A DNA stretch of 37,100 nucleotides from Octopus sinensis (GCF_006345805.1 NW_021836869.1:1-37100), one strand, 5' to 3'. Positions 23,931 through 36,477 are shown, counted from the stretch's first letter. Notes: a model not told the origin generated them from the letters alone. Numbers and translations: made by a program.

Positions 23931-24145
23931 TCATACATATATACATGTTCGACAAAGTGGTGTGATTTGAGGGACCCCAGTGCGTAACTGGTACTTATTT
24001 CATCGGCCCCGAAAGGATGAAATGCAAAGTCGACCTCGGCAGAAATAATGATAATAGATCATTATAATAATTATTATAACAATAGCTGCAACAACAGAGA
24101 CAGTAACATCACCATCTGCAACAATAACCACAACAACAGCAATAC

Positions 24146-24174
<29 letters not shown>

Positions 24175-24179
<5 letters not shown>

Positions 24180-25782
24180 GCCCTGATGCAGTACCAGGCA
24201 GTGGCTCTCATGGCTTCTGATCTTAACTGATTGGAAGTGTTATCATGTACATTGTTTTGTCTTGGTATAAAAGATGGGCCACAGCAAATATTCTGCTCAA
24301 TACCACAGATTTGCTTGTCAGTTGTTTGACCATAACCAGTTGAGCATGTCCCTTAGTGGCTGACGATATGTGCATCTCTGACCACGAGCAGAAGTAGTGG
24401 GGGAGCATCATAGCCATGTGTTGAGAGGGATTCTTTGGGGTTTGAATAGTTCACCTCTGGAAACATGGGTGGTTCTTTCAACATCCTAAAGCAACCCTTA
24501 TTCAGGGACCGTTTGAGCAGGATGGGTTACTCAAAATGAAGAAAATTCTAACTGGGCCCCACCTGCAAGGTCATGTGCTGTTTATCTTGATATGAGATCA
24601 CCATGTCGCGCACATATGGTTGTGATGCATGTGTCTGGTGTACCTTTATCAGACGGGTAGTCATGATGGGTATATTGGGCTTCGTATATTTTACCCCAGT
24701 GTCACTTTGATGGCATGAACTGCTCTCTAACTCAATGATAATAATAATAATGATAAATGCCCTGATGCAGTAACAGGCAGTGGCTCTCATGGCTTCTGAT
24801 CTTAACTGATTGGAAGTGTTATCATGTACATTGTTTTGTCTTGGTATAAAAGATGGGCTACAGCAAATATTCTGCTCAATACCACAGATTTGCTTGTCAG
24901 TTGTTTGACCTTAACCAGTTGAGCATGTCCCTTAGTGGCTGACTCAATGATAATCATAATAATGATAATAATAATAATGATAAATGCCCTGATGCAGTAC
25001 CAGGCAGTAGCTCTCGTGGCTGCTGATCTTAACTGATTGGAAGTGTTATCATGTACATTGTTTTGTCTTGGTATAAAAGATGGACTACAGCAAATATTCT
25101 GCTCACTACCACAGATTTGCTTGTCAGTTGTTTGACCTTAACCAGTTGACCATGTCCCTTAGTGGCTGACTCAATGATAATAATAATAATGATAATAATA
25201 ATAATAATAATGATAATAATGATAAATGCCCTGATGTAGTACCAGGCAGTGGCTCTCATGGCTTCTGATCTTAACTGATTGGAAGTGTTATCATGTACAT
25301 TGTTTTGTCTTGGTAAAAAAGATGGGCTACAGCAAATATTCTGCTCACTACCACAGATTTGCTTGTCAGTTGTTTGACCGTAACCAGTTGAGCATGTCCC
25401 TTAGTGGCTGACGATATGTGCATCTCTGATCACGAGCAGAAGTAGAGGGGGAGCATCATAGCCATGTGTTGAGAGGGATTCTTTGTGGTTTGAATAATTC
25501 ACCTCTGGAAACATGGGTGGTTCGTTCAACATCCTTAAACAACCCTTATTCAGATACCTTTTGAGAGGGATGGGCTACTCAACCTGAAGAAAATTCTAAC
25601 TGGGCCCCACCTGCAAAGTCATGCGCTGTTTATCTTGATATGAGATCACCATGTCGCGCACATATGGTTGTGATGCATGTGCCTGGTGTACCCTTATCAG
25701 ACGGGTAGTCATGATGGGTATATTGGGCTTCGTATATTTTACCCCAGTGTCACTTTGATGGCATGAACTGCTCTCTCACTCA
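24175..25782 (+). repeat. tandem array of the 550-bp (TAA)n-embedded element: full, short, short, full
   Basis: Units start AAATGCCCTGATG at ~24176, 24755, 24982 and 25224, separated by (AAT/GAT)n. Both short units share the junction GTGGCTGAC|TCAAT. Confidence 0.9.
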
Positions 25783-25802
25783 ATAATAATAATAATAATA
25801 AT

Positions 25803-26161
25803 AAGAGCATCCAGAGAGCGCAAACCTCCGCCAAGGCTTCACCAACGTCCTCTCAACAAATAGCTGGAGATGATTTTTAAAATGAGAATATTTGAAATAA
25901 ACTCGATTGCTTCCACAAACAAGAACACTAAAAATGAACCTGACCGCTCTCAAAAGTTAAGTAAAAAACCCCAGAAAAATAATCCAGAATCCTTTTCAGG
26001 TACCGGTTTGATCCCAAAATTTAATCAGTTTGTGCCAGTCATGAGGCCAAACATCCCTGAAAGTTTCATCCGAATCCATCCAGCGGTTCTTGAGATATCT
26101 TGTCCACGGTTTAACAAATACATCTGAAAACAATACCTCCACCGTCGCTAAGGCAGAGGTA
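25803..26161. mobile_element. Helentron-associated (HINE/DINE-1-like) non-autonomous element
   Basis: Subterminal ACCTCCGCC (~25823) is inverted relative to terminal GGCAGAGGT (~26152-26160). Terminal hairpin TACCTCCACC..GGCAGAGGTA. Sits in an AAT repeat. Confidence 0.6.
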
Positions 26162-26167
26162 GTAGTA

Positions 26168-26206
<39 letters not shown>

Positions 26207-28125
26207 GCAACAACAGTAGCTACAACAACGACATCACAATAATAACAACGGCTGTGTGGTAAGTAGCTTGTTTACCAACCACATGGTTCCGGGTTCAGTC
26301 CCACTGGGCAAGTGTCTTCTGCTATAGCCTCGGGCCGACCAAAGCCTTGTGAGTGGATTTGGTAGACGGAAACTGAAAGAAGCCTGTCGTATATATGTAT
26401 ATATATATGCGTGTGTGTGTGTTTGTGTGTCTGTGTTTCACCCCCACCACAATTATCACTGCCACCACCTCTACTACCACCACTGTCACCACCGCCACCA
26501 CCATCACTGCATCTACCACCATCGCCTTCACCACAGTCACTACAACTACGACACCGACGGGTACTATCACTGCCACTACATCCACCGCAATCGCCACTAC
26601 TACCATCACCACCACCACCACCATCATCATCATCAACACCATAGCATTGCTTGACAACCGATGCTGGTGTGTTTATGTTCCCGTCACTTAGCGGTTCGGC
26701 AAAAAGAGACCGATAGAATAAGTACTGGACTTGCAAAAAACGAATAAGTCCCGGGGTCGAGTTTGCTCGATTAAAAAGGCAGTGATCCAGCATGGCCGCA
26801 GTCAAAATGACTGAAACGAGTAAAAGAGTAAAAAGAATAACAACAGCAGTAGCCACAACAACAACAACACCACAATAATAACAACAACTAAAATGGAAGC
26901 ACTCCGTCGGTTACGACGACGAGGGTTCCGGTTGATCCGAATCAACGGAACAGCCTGCTCGTGAAATTAACGTGTAAGTGCCACTTCACAGACACGTGCA
27001 CCCTTAACGTAGTTCTCGGGGAGATTCAGCGTGACACAGAGAGTGACAAGGCCGGCCCTTTGAAATACAGGTACAACAGAAACAGGAAGAAAGAGTGAGA
27101 GAAAGTTGTGGTGAAAGAGTACAGCAGGGATCACCACCATCCCCTGCCGGAGCCTCGTGGGCTTTTTTTTAGGTGTTTTCGCTCAATAAACACTCACAAC
27201 GCCCGGTTTGGGAATCGAAACCGCGATCCTAACCACTGGGCCATTGCGCCTCCACATATATATATATATATAGGCTGGCCCCTTGAAATACAGGTACAAC
27301 AGAAACAGGAAGAAAGGGTGAGAGAAAGTTGTGGTGAAAGAATTCACCAGGCTTCGCCATCCTCACCCCCTGCCGGAGCCTCGTGGAGCTTTTAGGTGTT
27401 TTCGCTCCATAAACACTCACAACACCTGGTCTGGGAATCGAAACCGTGATCCTACGACCGCGAGTCCGCTGCCCTAACCACTGGGCCATTGCGCCTCCAT
27501 ACGACTAAAATAACACAGTGGCAAAAACAACAACAGCAACATTTGCAATAAGATTCTACCTTAATAGCGGCGACGATTCCAGCGACAACAAAAACAGCAA
27601 CCATAATATAGCAAACAGTATCGTCAGCTGCTGCAACAATGACTAGGAAATAACAACAACAACAACGATAACGACAACAACAACCATAACGACAACAATA
27701 TTGTTAGGAACAAAAGACAATCGCTAGTCATCAATATTTATTTATTCATTCAAGTGGCATCACGTCACGCCTCACTACACAACCGGTCAACCGCATCGCT
27801 TCACATCACAGCCATTTCACTACACCGTCCCCCCGCCTGCCCGCCCACCCACACTGTCATCGTCACCACCAGCCATCACCTCTAATGCACTGCGACCTGC
27901 ATGTGGTCGCAAGACCTGTTAGAAATAGCAGTTAAATGTCCCTCAGACCTTGTGTGTGTATAGGCGCAGCGGTGGCTGTGTGGTACGACGCTTGCTTCTT
28001 AACTGTTTGGTTGCAGGTTCAGTCTCACTGCGTGGCACCTTGGGCAAATGTCTTCTACTATAGCCTTGGGCCGATCAAAGCCTTGTGAGTGGATTTGGTA
28101 GATGGAAACTGAAAGAAGCCTGTCG

Positions 28126-28168
<43 letters not shown>

Positions 28169-28689
28169 GACCATGAATCCAACACATTAACCACTAAACC
28201 ACGCACCTCTACTCATACATATATACATAATCACACCACTTTGTCAAATATATATATCTACATGATATATAAGGCGTGGCTGTGTGCTACGAAGCTTGCT
28301 TCCTAACCACATAGTACCGGGTTCAGTCCCACTGCGTGGGACCTTGGGCAAGTGTCGTCTATTATACCCTTAGACCGACCAAAGCCTTGTGAATGGATTT
28401 GGTAGACGGAAACTGAAAGAAGCCTGTCGTTTATATATATATATGTATTTATGTGTGTGTGTGTTTGTGTCCGTGTTTCTCCTACACCACCGCAGGACAA
28501 CCGGTATTTGTTTGCTTACGTCCCCGTAATCTAGCGGTTCGGCAAAAGAGACAGATAGATTAAGTACCAGGCTTTAAAAAAAGTCCTGGGGTAGATTTAT
28601 TCGTCTAAAACCCTTTAAGGCGGTGCTCCAGCTTGGCCGCAGTCAAATGACTGAAACAAGTAAAAGATATATATATGTGTGTGTGTGTG

Positions 28690-29265
28690 AGACAAGGGAG
28701 TGTTAGATATAACAGCCTAATGTTCCTCAAATCACACCGTTTGTATATCTATGTATGAGATGTGAGGGACTTCTATGTCGGAGCTAGTAGTGTTGGAAAT
28801 AGTCGCCAAATTTTCTCTTCAAATCACACCCGACTGTCTAGTGTATGTATATATGCGTGAGACAACACGGGTGACCTCTTCGTGTTAGTTAGACCTGGTA
28901 GAAATAGCAGCCAAATGTTCCTCAAATCACACCCGACTGTCTAACGTATGTATATATGTGTGAGATAACACGGGTGACCTCTATGTGTCAGTTACACCTG
29001 GTAGAAATAGCAGCCAAATGTTCCTCAAATCACACCCGACTGTCTAGTGTATGTATATATGTGTGAGACAACCCGGGTGACCTCTTCATGTTATCTAGAC
29101 ATGGTAGAAATAGCAGCCAAATATTCCTTTAAATCACACCGTTCTGTATGTATGTATGTATGTATGTATGTATGTATAAATCAACTTGAGAGTTTTTTAC
29201 ATGGTAGTTTGACCTAAGAAAAATAGCAGCCAAATCTCCCTCAAATCACATCCTATTATCTTATA
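28690..29265 (+). repeat. ~116-bp minisatellite (5 degenerate units) built on a dispersed repeat motif
   Basis: GGTGACCTCT..AGACCTGGTAGAAATAGCAGCCAAAT..CCTCAAATCACAC units. The motif also occurs at ~3335, 19535(-), 23570(-), 27910, 29730, 29840, 32510-32790 and 33810. Confidence 0.85.
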
Positions 29266-30172
29266 TAGATATATTTCTTTACTACCCACAAGGGGCTAAA
29301 CATAGAGGGGACAAACAAGGACAGACAAACGGATTAACCCGATTACATCGACCCCAGTGCGAAACTGGTACTTTATTTATCGACACCGAAAGGATGAAAG
29401 GCAAAGTCGACCTCAGCGGAATTTGAACTCAGAACGTAGCGGTAGACGAAATACATATTTCTTTACTACCCACAAAGGGCTAAACATAGAGGGGACAAAC
29501 AAGGACAGACAAAGGGATTAAACCGATTACATCGACCCCAGTGCAAAACTGGTACTTTATTTATCGACACCGAAAGGATGAAAGGCAAAGTCGACCTCGG
29601 CGGAATTTGAACTCAGAACGTAACGACAGACGAAATACCGCAAAGCATTTCGCCCGGCGTGCTAACGTTTCTGCCAGCTCGCCGAAGTGTATATGTGTGT
29701 TGTGAGAGAGAGAGAGAGAGAGACAATGAAAGTGACCTCTACATGGTACCTAGACGCGTTAGAAATAGCCAAATTTTCCTCAAATCACATCCTACTGTCT
29801 TATGAATGTATAGAAATGTATGTGTATGTCCAGGAAGGAGACCCCTGTGTGGCAGCTAGATCTGCTAGAAATAGCGCTGCAGTTATTCACCTGATTGCAA
29901 CACATAATACAGTCACTTCACTATTTAAACCCGTACCACACCACACTACAACACCGCCGCCACTACCTACCTGCACCAGCGACAACGCCACACCCCCACC
30001 ACTATCATTACCTGTGCAATTAACCACCTCTATCCTTTCGTCACGCTTGCCTGACTCGTTTTTCCCTCGACTTGCTAACGATGTATCCTCCGTCTTGAAT
30101 CTCCTTCTCCTCCTCCTCCTCCTACACCACCGCCACCACCACCACCTCTTATGAGCAACTGACCGATTATAC

Positions 30173-30233
<61 letters not shown>

Positions 30234-30399
30234 CATAGGTGCAGGAGTGGCTGTGTGGTAAGTAGCTTGCTGACCAACCACATGGTTCCGGGTTCATTCC
30301 CACTGCGTGGCACCTTGGGTGGGTGTCTTCTACTCTAGCTTCGGGCCGACCAATGCTTTGTGAGTGGATTTGGTAGACGGAAACTGAAAGAAGCCTGTC

Positions 30400-30443
<44 letters not shown>

Positions 30444-30934
30444 TTGTGTGTGTGTGTGTTTGTCCTCCCAACATCGCTTGACAACCGACGCTGGTATGAT
30501 TACGTCCCCGTAACTTAGCGGTTCGGCAAAAGAGACCGATAGAATAAGTATTAGGCCTACAAAGAATAAGTCCTGGGGTCGATTTGCTCGACTAAAGGCG
30601 GTGCTCCAGCATGGCCACAGTCAAATGACTGAAACAAGTAAAAGAGTATATATATATATATATATATATATACATACATACATACAGTACACACATATGC
30701 ATACTACAGCACATACACATATTATAACACTTACACACTATAATACACACACTCACCCTACAACACACACATGTATATATAAATAAACGCATAGACACAC
30801 TTCAGAAGACAAGTTCAAACACACACACACAAATAAACACACGCACACATCACACACACACACATCTCTTTAATTAAGCGCACTCAAACCCTTATAGGCT
30901 CATAGAACCGTATGCAAAGTACGTCCTTCCACAC

Positions 30935-32372
30935 ATAGCCACCACCATTGCCTTCACTGCCTCCGCCACCATTACAAACCACCACCACCACCACGTCATG
31001 AACACTACAACTATCACTACCCCCCACCACTACAACCATCACCATCACTACCACGACGAACATTACAACTATCACCATCACCACCACTACAACCATCGCC
31101 ACCACTATTATACCACAAGCGTCACCACAACCACTTTAACCACTTTCACCACCACCAACACCACCGTCACCACCACCAACACCATCACCACTATTACCAC
31201 ATGAGTTACCACCACCACAGCCACCTCCACCACTTCCACCGCCACCACCTTCAACCACCACCACCACCACCACCACATCATCATCACAACCACTACCACC
31301 ACCTCCACCACTCCCACCGCCACCACCTTCAACCACCACCTTCAACCCCACCACCTTCAACCACCACCACCACCACAATCACAACCACTACCACCACCTC
31401 CACCACAGCCACCACCTCCACCACAGCCACCACCACCACCACCACCACCACCACCATAGCCACCACCACTACAAACACCGCCACCACCACTTTTACCACA
31501 GGAGGTACCACCATTACCACAGCCACCGCCATCACCACCATCACAGCCACCACCACCAGTACCGCAAGAGGTACCACCACCACCACAACGACCTCCACCA
31601 CCACCACCTCCACCACCACCACCACCACCACCACCACTACAAACACCGCCACCACCACTTTTACCACAGGAAGTACCACCATTACCTCGACCCATAACCG
31701 CCATCACAGCCACCACCACCATTACCGCAAGAGGTACCACCACCACCACCCCACCACCACCACCACAACGACCTCCACAACCACCACCACAATCACCTCC
31801 ATCACTAACACCTCCACCATCGCCACCACAACAATTAAGCGCTCTTAACATTAATCGAATTTAAGCGCTTGTCATTACACTTGATGGGAACAACCGTAAC
31901 CCCTCCCCTCCCCTTTCCTTTCCCTCACTACCACCACCAGCACCACAACTACTACAACCAGCACCACCTTTACTACCACTACAGCTGCTACTACTACCAC
32001 CACAAACACCACCTTTACTACAACTACTACAACTATCACTATCGCGGCTACTACTACCACCACCACTACCAACCACCACCACCACCACCACCACAACTAT
32101 CACTACCACTGTTACTCCAACCATCACCACTACCAATCACCACCACCATCACAACTATCACTACTACACTGATACCACTACTACCATCACTGCTACTATC
32201 ACCAGTACCACCTTTACTACCACTACTACAACTACCACTGTAGCTGCTACTACTACCACCAACACCACCTTTATTACCACCACTACAATTACCAATATAG
32301 CTGCTACTACTACTACTACCACCATAACCACAACTACTACCACCACCACTACTATTACTACTGCTACTATAA
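30935..32372. repeat. (CAC/TAC)n low-complexity tracts with internal duplications
   Basis: CAAACACCGCCACCACCACTTTTACCACAGG occurs twice (~31472 and 31640). Interrupted by a unique island at 31830-31925. Confidence 0.9.
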
Positions 32373-32815
32373 AAGTGCTTGGATAAGTTGTCAAAGGATT
32401 CCTTGTAAGTTGGGGAAGTAAAAAGGACTGGATGGTCACAGTTGGAACGCCTTTGATCATAGGTCTTACTGGATCAGTGTTGATTTGTGGTTGAACAACT
32501 CTACAAATGCCAGGAACCTTTCACGTAACAGACATAGCAGCTAAATCCCACCTTCTCACTTCTCCCTTTAAGACCAAACCTGTTATGTATCTATATGCGC
32601 AAATGAGAGAGAACTCTACATGGTAGCTAAGTTTGGTAGAAGTAGGAACCAAATCTCCCTCAACGCGTACGCTACTGCCTCATGTATGCATTTAGGTATG
32701 AGGCAGTGAGGGTGACCTCTACATGGTAGCTAGATCTTGTATAGATAGTAGCCAAATCTCCCTCAAACCACACCCTACTGTCTTATCTATATGTATGTAT
32801 GTATATGTGTGTGTG

Positions 32816-32901
<86 letters not shown>

Positions 32902-32961
32902 TATATGTGTGTGTGTGTGTGTAGTATATACGTGTGTGCGTTTATATATATATATATATAT

Positions 32962-33174
32962 CGCCATGTTGATTCGCTAGCTTCTGCACGCATTTTTTTC
33001 TCTCTCCTCGTTTCTCTCCGTGTTTCTTTTCTGTGTATCTTTCTGTTGAAGAGCGTAGGCTCGAAATGTAAAAGACTTGTTTTATTTATATTCCTGAGTG
33101 CCATACTAATACAATTGTTTGTTTATATTCCACCTGCCTTCGTCTTTTGTTTATTTTCATAAAGCTTCCCGTTA
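32962..33174 (+). mobile_element. short hammerhead-bearing element inserted in (TA)n
   Basis: Flanked by (TA)n on both sides. Homologous layout to 22128-22303. Its 3' part recurs inverted at 33221-33307. Confidence 0.75.
33038..33075 (+). ncRNA. degenerate minimal type I hammerhead ribozyme
   Basis: UCUUU-CUGUUGA-A-GAGC-GUAG-GCUC-GAAAU-GUA^AAAGA. Stems I and II are intact; core A6U and C15.2U substitutions. Confidence 0.68.
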
Positions 33175-33175
33175 T

Positions 33176-33222
<47 letters not shown>

Positions 33223-33319
33223 ACGGGAAGCTTTATGAAAATAAACAAAAGACGAAGGCAGGTGGAATACAAACAAACAATTGATTAGTATGGCACTCAG
33301 GAATATATATATATATATA

Positions 33320-33431
33320 TTGTTCAAATTTACAGAAAACAAAAGACGTAGACAGGTTATGGAACAACAAGCTGGTGTGTTAGTTTGACGCTTGGGAAGA
33401 ATGAAAAGTTCTTTGACGTTTCAAGCCTACG
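33320..33431 (-). mobile_element. truncated copy of the hammerhead element (3' half of ribozyme only)
   Basis: Minus strand CGUAGGCUU-GAAAC-GUC^AAAGA..TTCCCAAGCGTCAAACTAACAC, flanked by (TA)n. Confidence 0.68.
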
Positions 33432-34417
33432 TGTATATATATATATATTCTTTTATTTTTTTACTTGTTTCAGTCATTTGACTACGGCCATACTGGAGCA
33501 CCGCCTTTTAGTCGAGCAAATCGACCCCAGCCTAGTACTTATTCTATTGTCTCTTTTACCGAACCGCTAAGTTACGGGGACGTAAACACACTAGCATCGG
33601 TTATCAAGCAATGTTGAGGGACAAACACGCAAACACATACGCACACACGACAGGCTTCTTTCTGTTTCCGTCTACCAAATCCACTGACAAGGCTTTGGTC
33701 GGCCCGAAGCTATAGTAGAAGACACTTGCCCAAGATGTCACGCAGTGGGACTGAACCCGGAACGATGTGGTTGGTAAGCAAGCTACTTACCACACAACAA
33801 CTCCTTCAAGGGTGACCTCTACATTGTATCGACCTTGTAGAAATAATAACCAAATCTCTCTCAAATCATACTCTCTCAAAAAAGGGCCATATTGTGTATT
33901 GTGGTTCTGGGTTCCCTATAAAGAAGATAAAGATAGGATGATCACGGTTGGAAACATATTGATCATATGTTCGGGGTTAAGGAGTGACCCGAGACGAAAT
34001 AATAATGATTTCAAATTTTGACAAAAGCCCAGTAGTTTCGTGGGAGGGGGTAAGTCGATTGCATCGACCCTGGTGCTTAACTGGCACTTATTTTATTGAC
34101 CTCGAAAGGATGAACGGCAAAGTCGACATGGGTGGAATTTGAACTCGGATCGTGGAGATGGACATAATGCCGATAAGGATATCGCCTAGCGTGGTAACGA
34201 GTTCCACCAGCTCGCCGCCTGGGGTTAAATAATAACCCTTTCTACTAAAGGCATAAGGCCTGAAATTTGGTGGTGGGCTAAGTCGGTTAGATCGACCCTA
34301 GTACGCAACTGGTACTTCATTTATCGATCTCGAAAGAATGAAAGGCAAAGTCGACCTGGGCGGAATTTAAACTCAGAACGTAAAGACGGACGAAATGCTG
34401 TTAAGCGTTTCGCACCT

Positions 34418-36180
34418 TCATACTACCACCGCTACCTCCACCACGATCACCATGACCACCACCACCACCACCACCACCGTCGCTCCCACGACAACAGACA
34501 CTACCATAATGAAGACCACTATGAACTACCACCGCCGACGCAACCACCACCACCACCACCACCCATAGCATCAATACCACACTCGCCTCAGTACTACAGC
34601 AAGCACCACAACCCAACGCGACTAGTTTCACCACCATTACTACCGCCACTACCGCCATGACTTTCACCAACTCTTAACCACTACCACCAAACACTACTAC
34701 CATCACTTCGACACCAGCACGGATAACACCACAGCATGGCACCGCTCCTAACATCACAAATAACACCTCCATTATCACCGGCTCTACCACCACCACTACC
34801 ACCACCACCACCACCACAACTACCGCCTCCCTCGGCGTCGCCACCACCACCATCCACAAGCCCAAAACTACCTCCGTCGCCATTACCGATTCCAACCGCA
34901 CTTCATCTAAAACGTTGCACCACGCTGCTTCACCCCCACCACAATTATCACTGCCACCACATCTACTACCACCACCACTGTCACCACCATCACTGCATCT
35001 ACCACCATCGCCTTCACCACCGTCACTACAACTACGACACCGACGGGTACTATCACTGCCACTACATCCACCACAGTCACCACCACTACCATTACCACCA
35101 CTACCATCACCACCACCACCATCATCATCAACACCATTTCCACCACTAGCGCTCATGCCACCACACACCAGGAGTGCCACGACCACCAGCAGCGCCACCA
35201 CCACTACCAACACCACCGTCATCACTACCAACACCATCACAACCATCACCATCATAACCATCACCACCACCACCACCGCTACCAACGTCACCGTCACCAC
35301 CAGCAACACCATTACTACCATTACCAACACTACCGTCACCACCCCCAACACCATCACTATCATAGCCAACACCACCATTACTAGTATCACCACCATCACC
35401 AGCATCACCACCATCGACAATCTCCATCATCGAAATATACCACAATCAACACCACCACCGCCACTAACACAACCACAACCACCACCATCATCATCATCAC
35501 CACCAATGATCACCACCACCGCTACCAACACAATCACAACCACCACAACCATCGTCATTCATCGTCATCATCACCATCAATAATCACCACCATCGAACTA
35601 CACCACAATCAACACCACAACCACAACTATCATCACCACCACCTCCACCATCGCTACCAACCACCACCACCACCACCACCACCACCACCACCACCACCGC
35701 TACCAACACAATCACAACCACCACCACCACCACCACCACCACCACCACCATCGAACTACACCACACCACAATCAACACCAGCGCCGCCACCACCATCGAA
35801 CCACACCACACCACAATCAACACCACCGCCGCCACAACCACCGTCACTACCACGACAAACAACAGCGCCACCACCACCGCCACCACTACCACCACCGCCA
35901 CCACTACCACCACCGCCACCACTACCACCACCAACCAGACAAATGCAATGCACCGTCCCCATTGCGAAACACACTTTCCGAACACCACCACAACCACCAC
36001 CACTACCAACGTCAACACCATGCACTGCCCACCTTCAACACCATGCACTGCACACACCCTACTCAAACCCCCCAACCACCACCACCATCACCTCACTCTC
36101 CTTCCTTTCCGCCACAATACACACACACACACACACACCCCACCCTACCCCTTCTTTGCCGCTACCGCTGCCGCCACAGA
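34418..36180. repeat. (CAC/CAT)n low-complexity tract
   Basis: Directly visible. Confidence 0.9.
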
Positions 36181-36349
36181 CACAAACCTATGCAGACACA
36201 GACACTTCAAGAGACGAAACCAATTATCGCTGTTCATTCATCAAACGTGTCTGTTTCGCTGAGTGTCACGCTGTCACGTGACAGGGATCAATTGGATTTC
36301 GTTATATTTTCATTGGTTGTTTTACTTTCAATTTTAACATTTTTTCTAT

Positions 36350-36392
36350 AATTTTTTTTATTATCATCTTTATTATTCATTATTACTTTCCT

Positions 36393-36477
<85 letters not shown>

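Noticed and set aside
24175-24240. HDV-like ribozyme at the start of the 550-bp element (GGC-TCTCATG-GCT resembles P3/L3)
   Set aside because: I could not assemble matching P1 and P2 helices by eye.
28690-29265. CRISPR-like appearance (repeat plus variable linker), also 24175-25782
   Set aside because: Eukaryotic context, degenerate repeats, linkers related to each other or microsatellite, and no cas genes.
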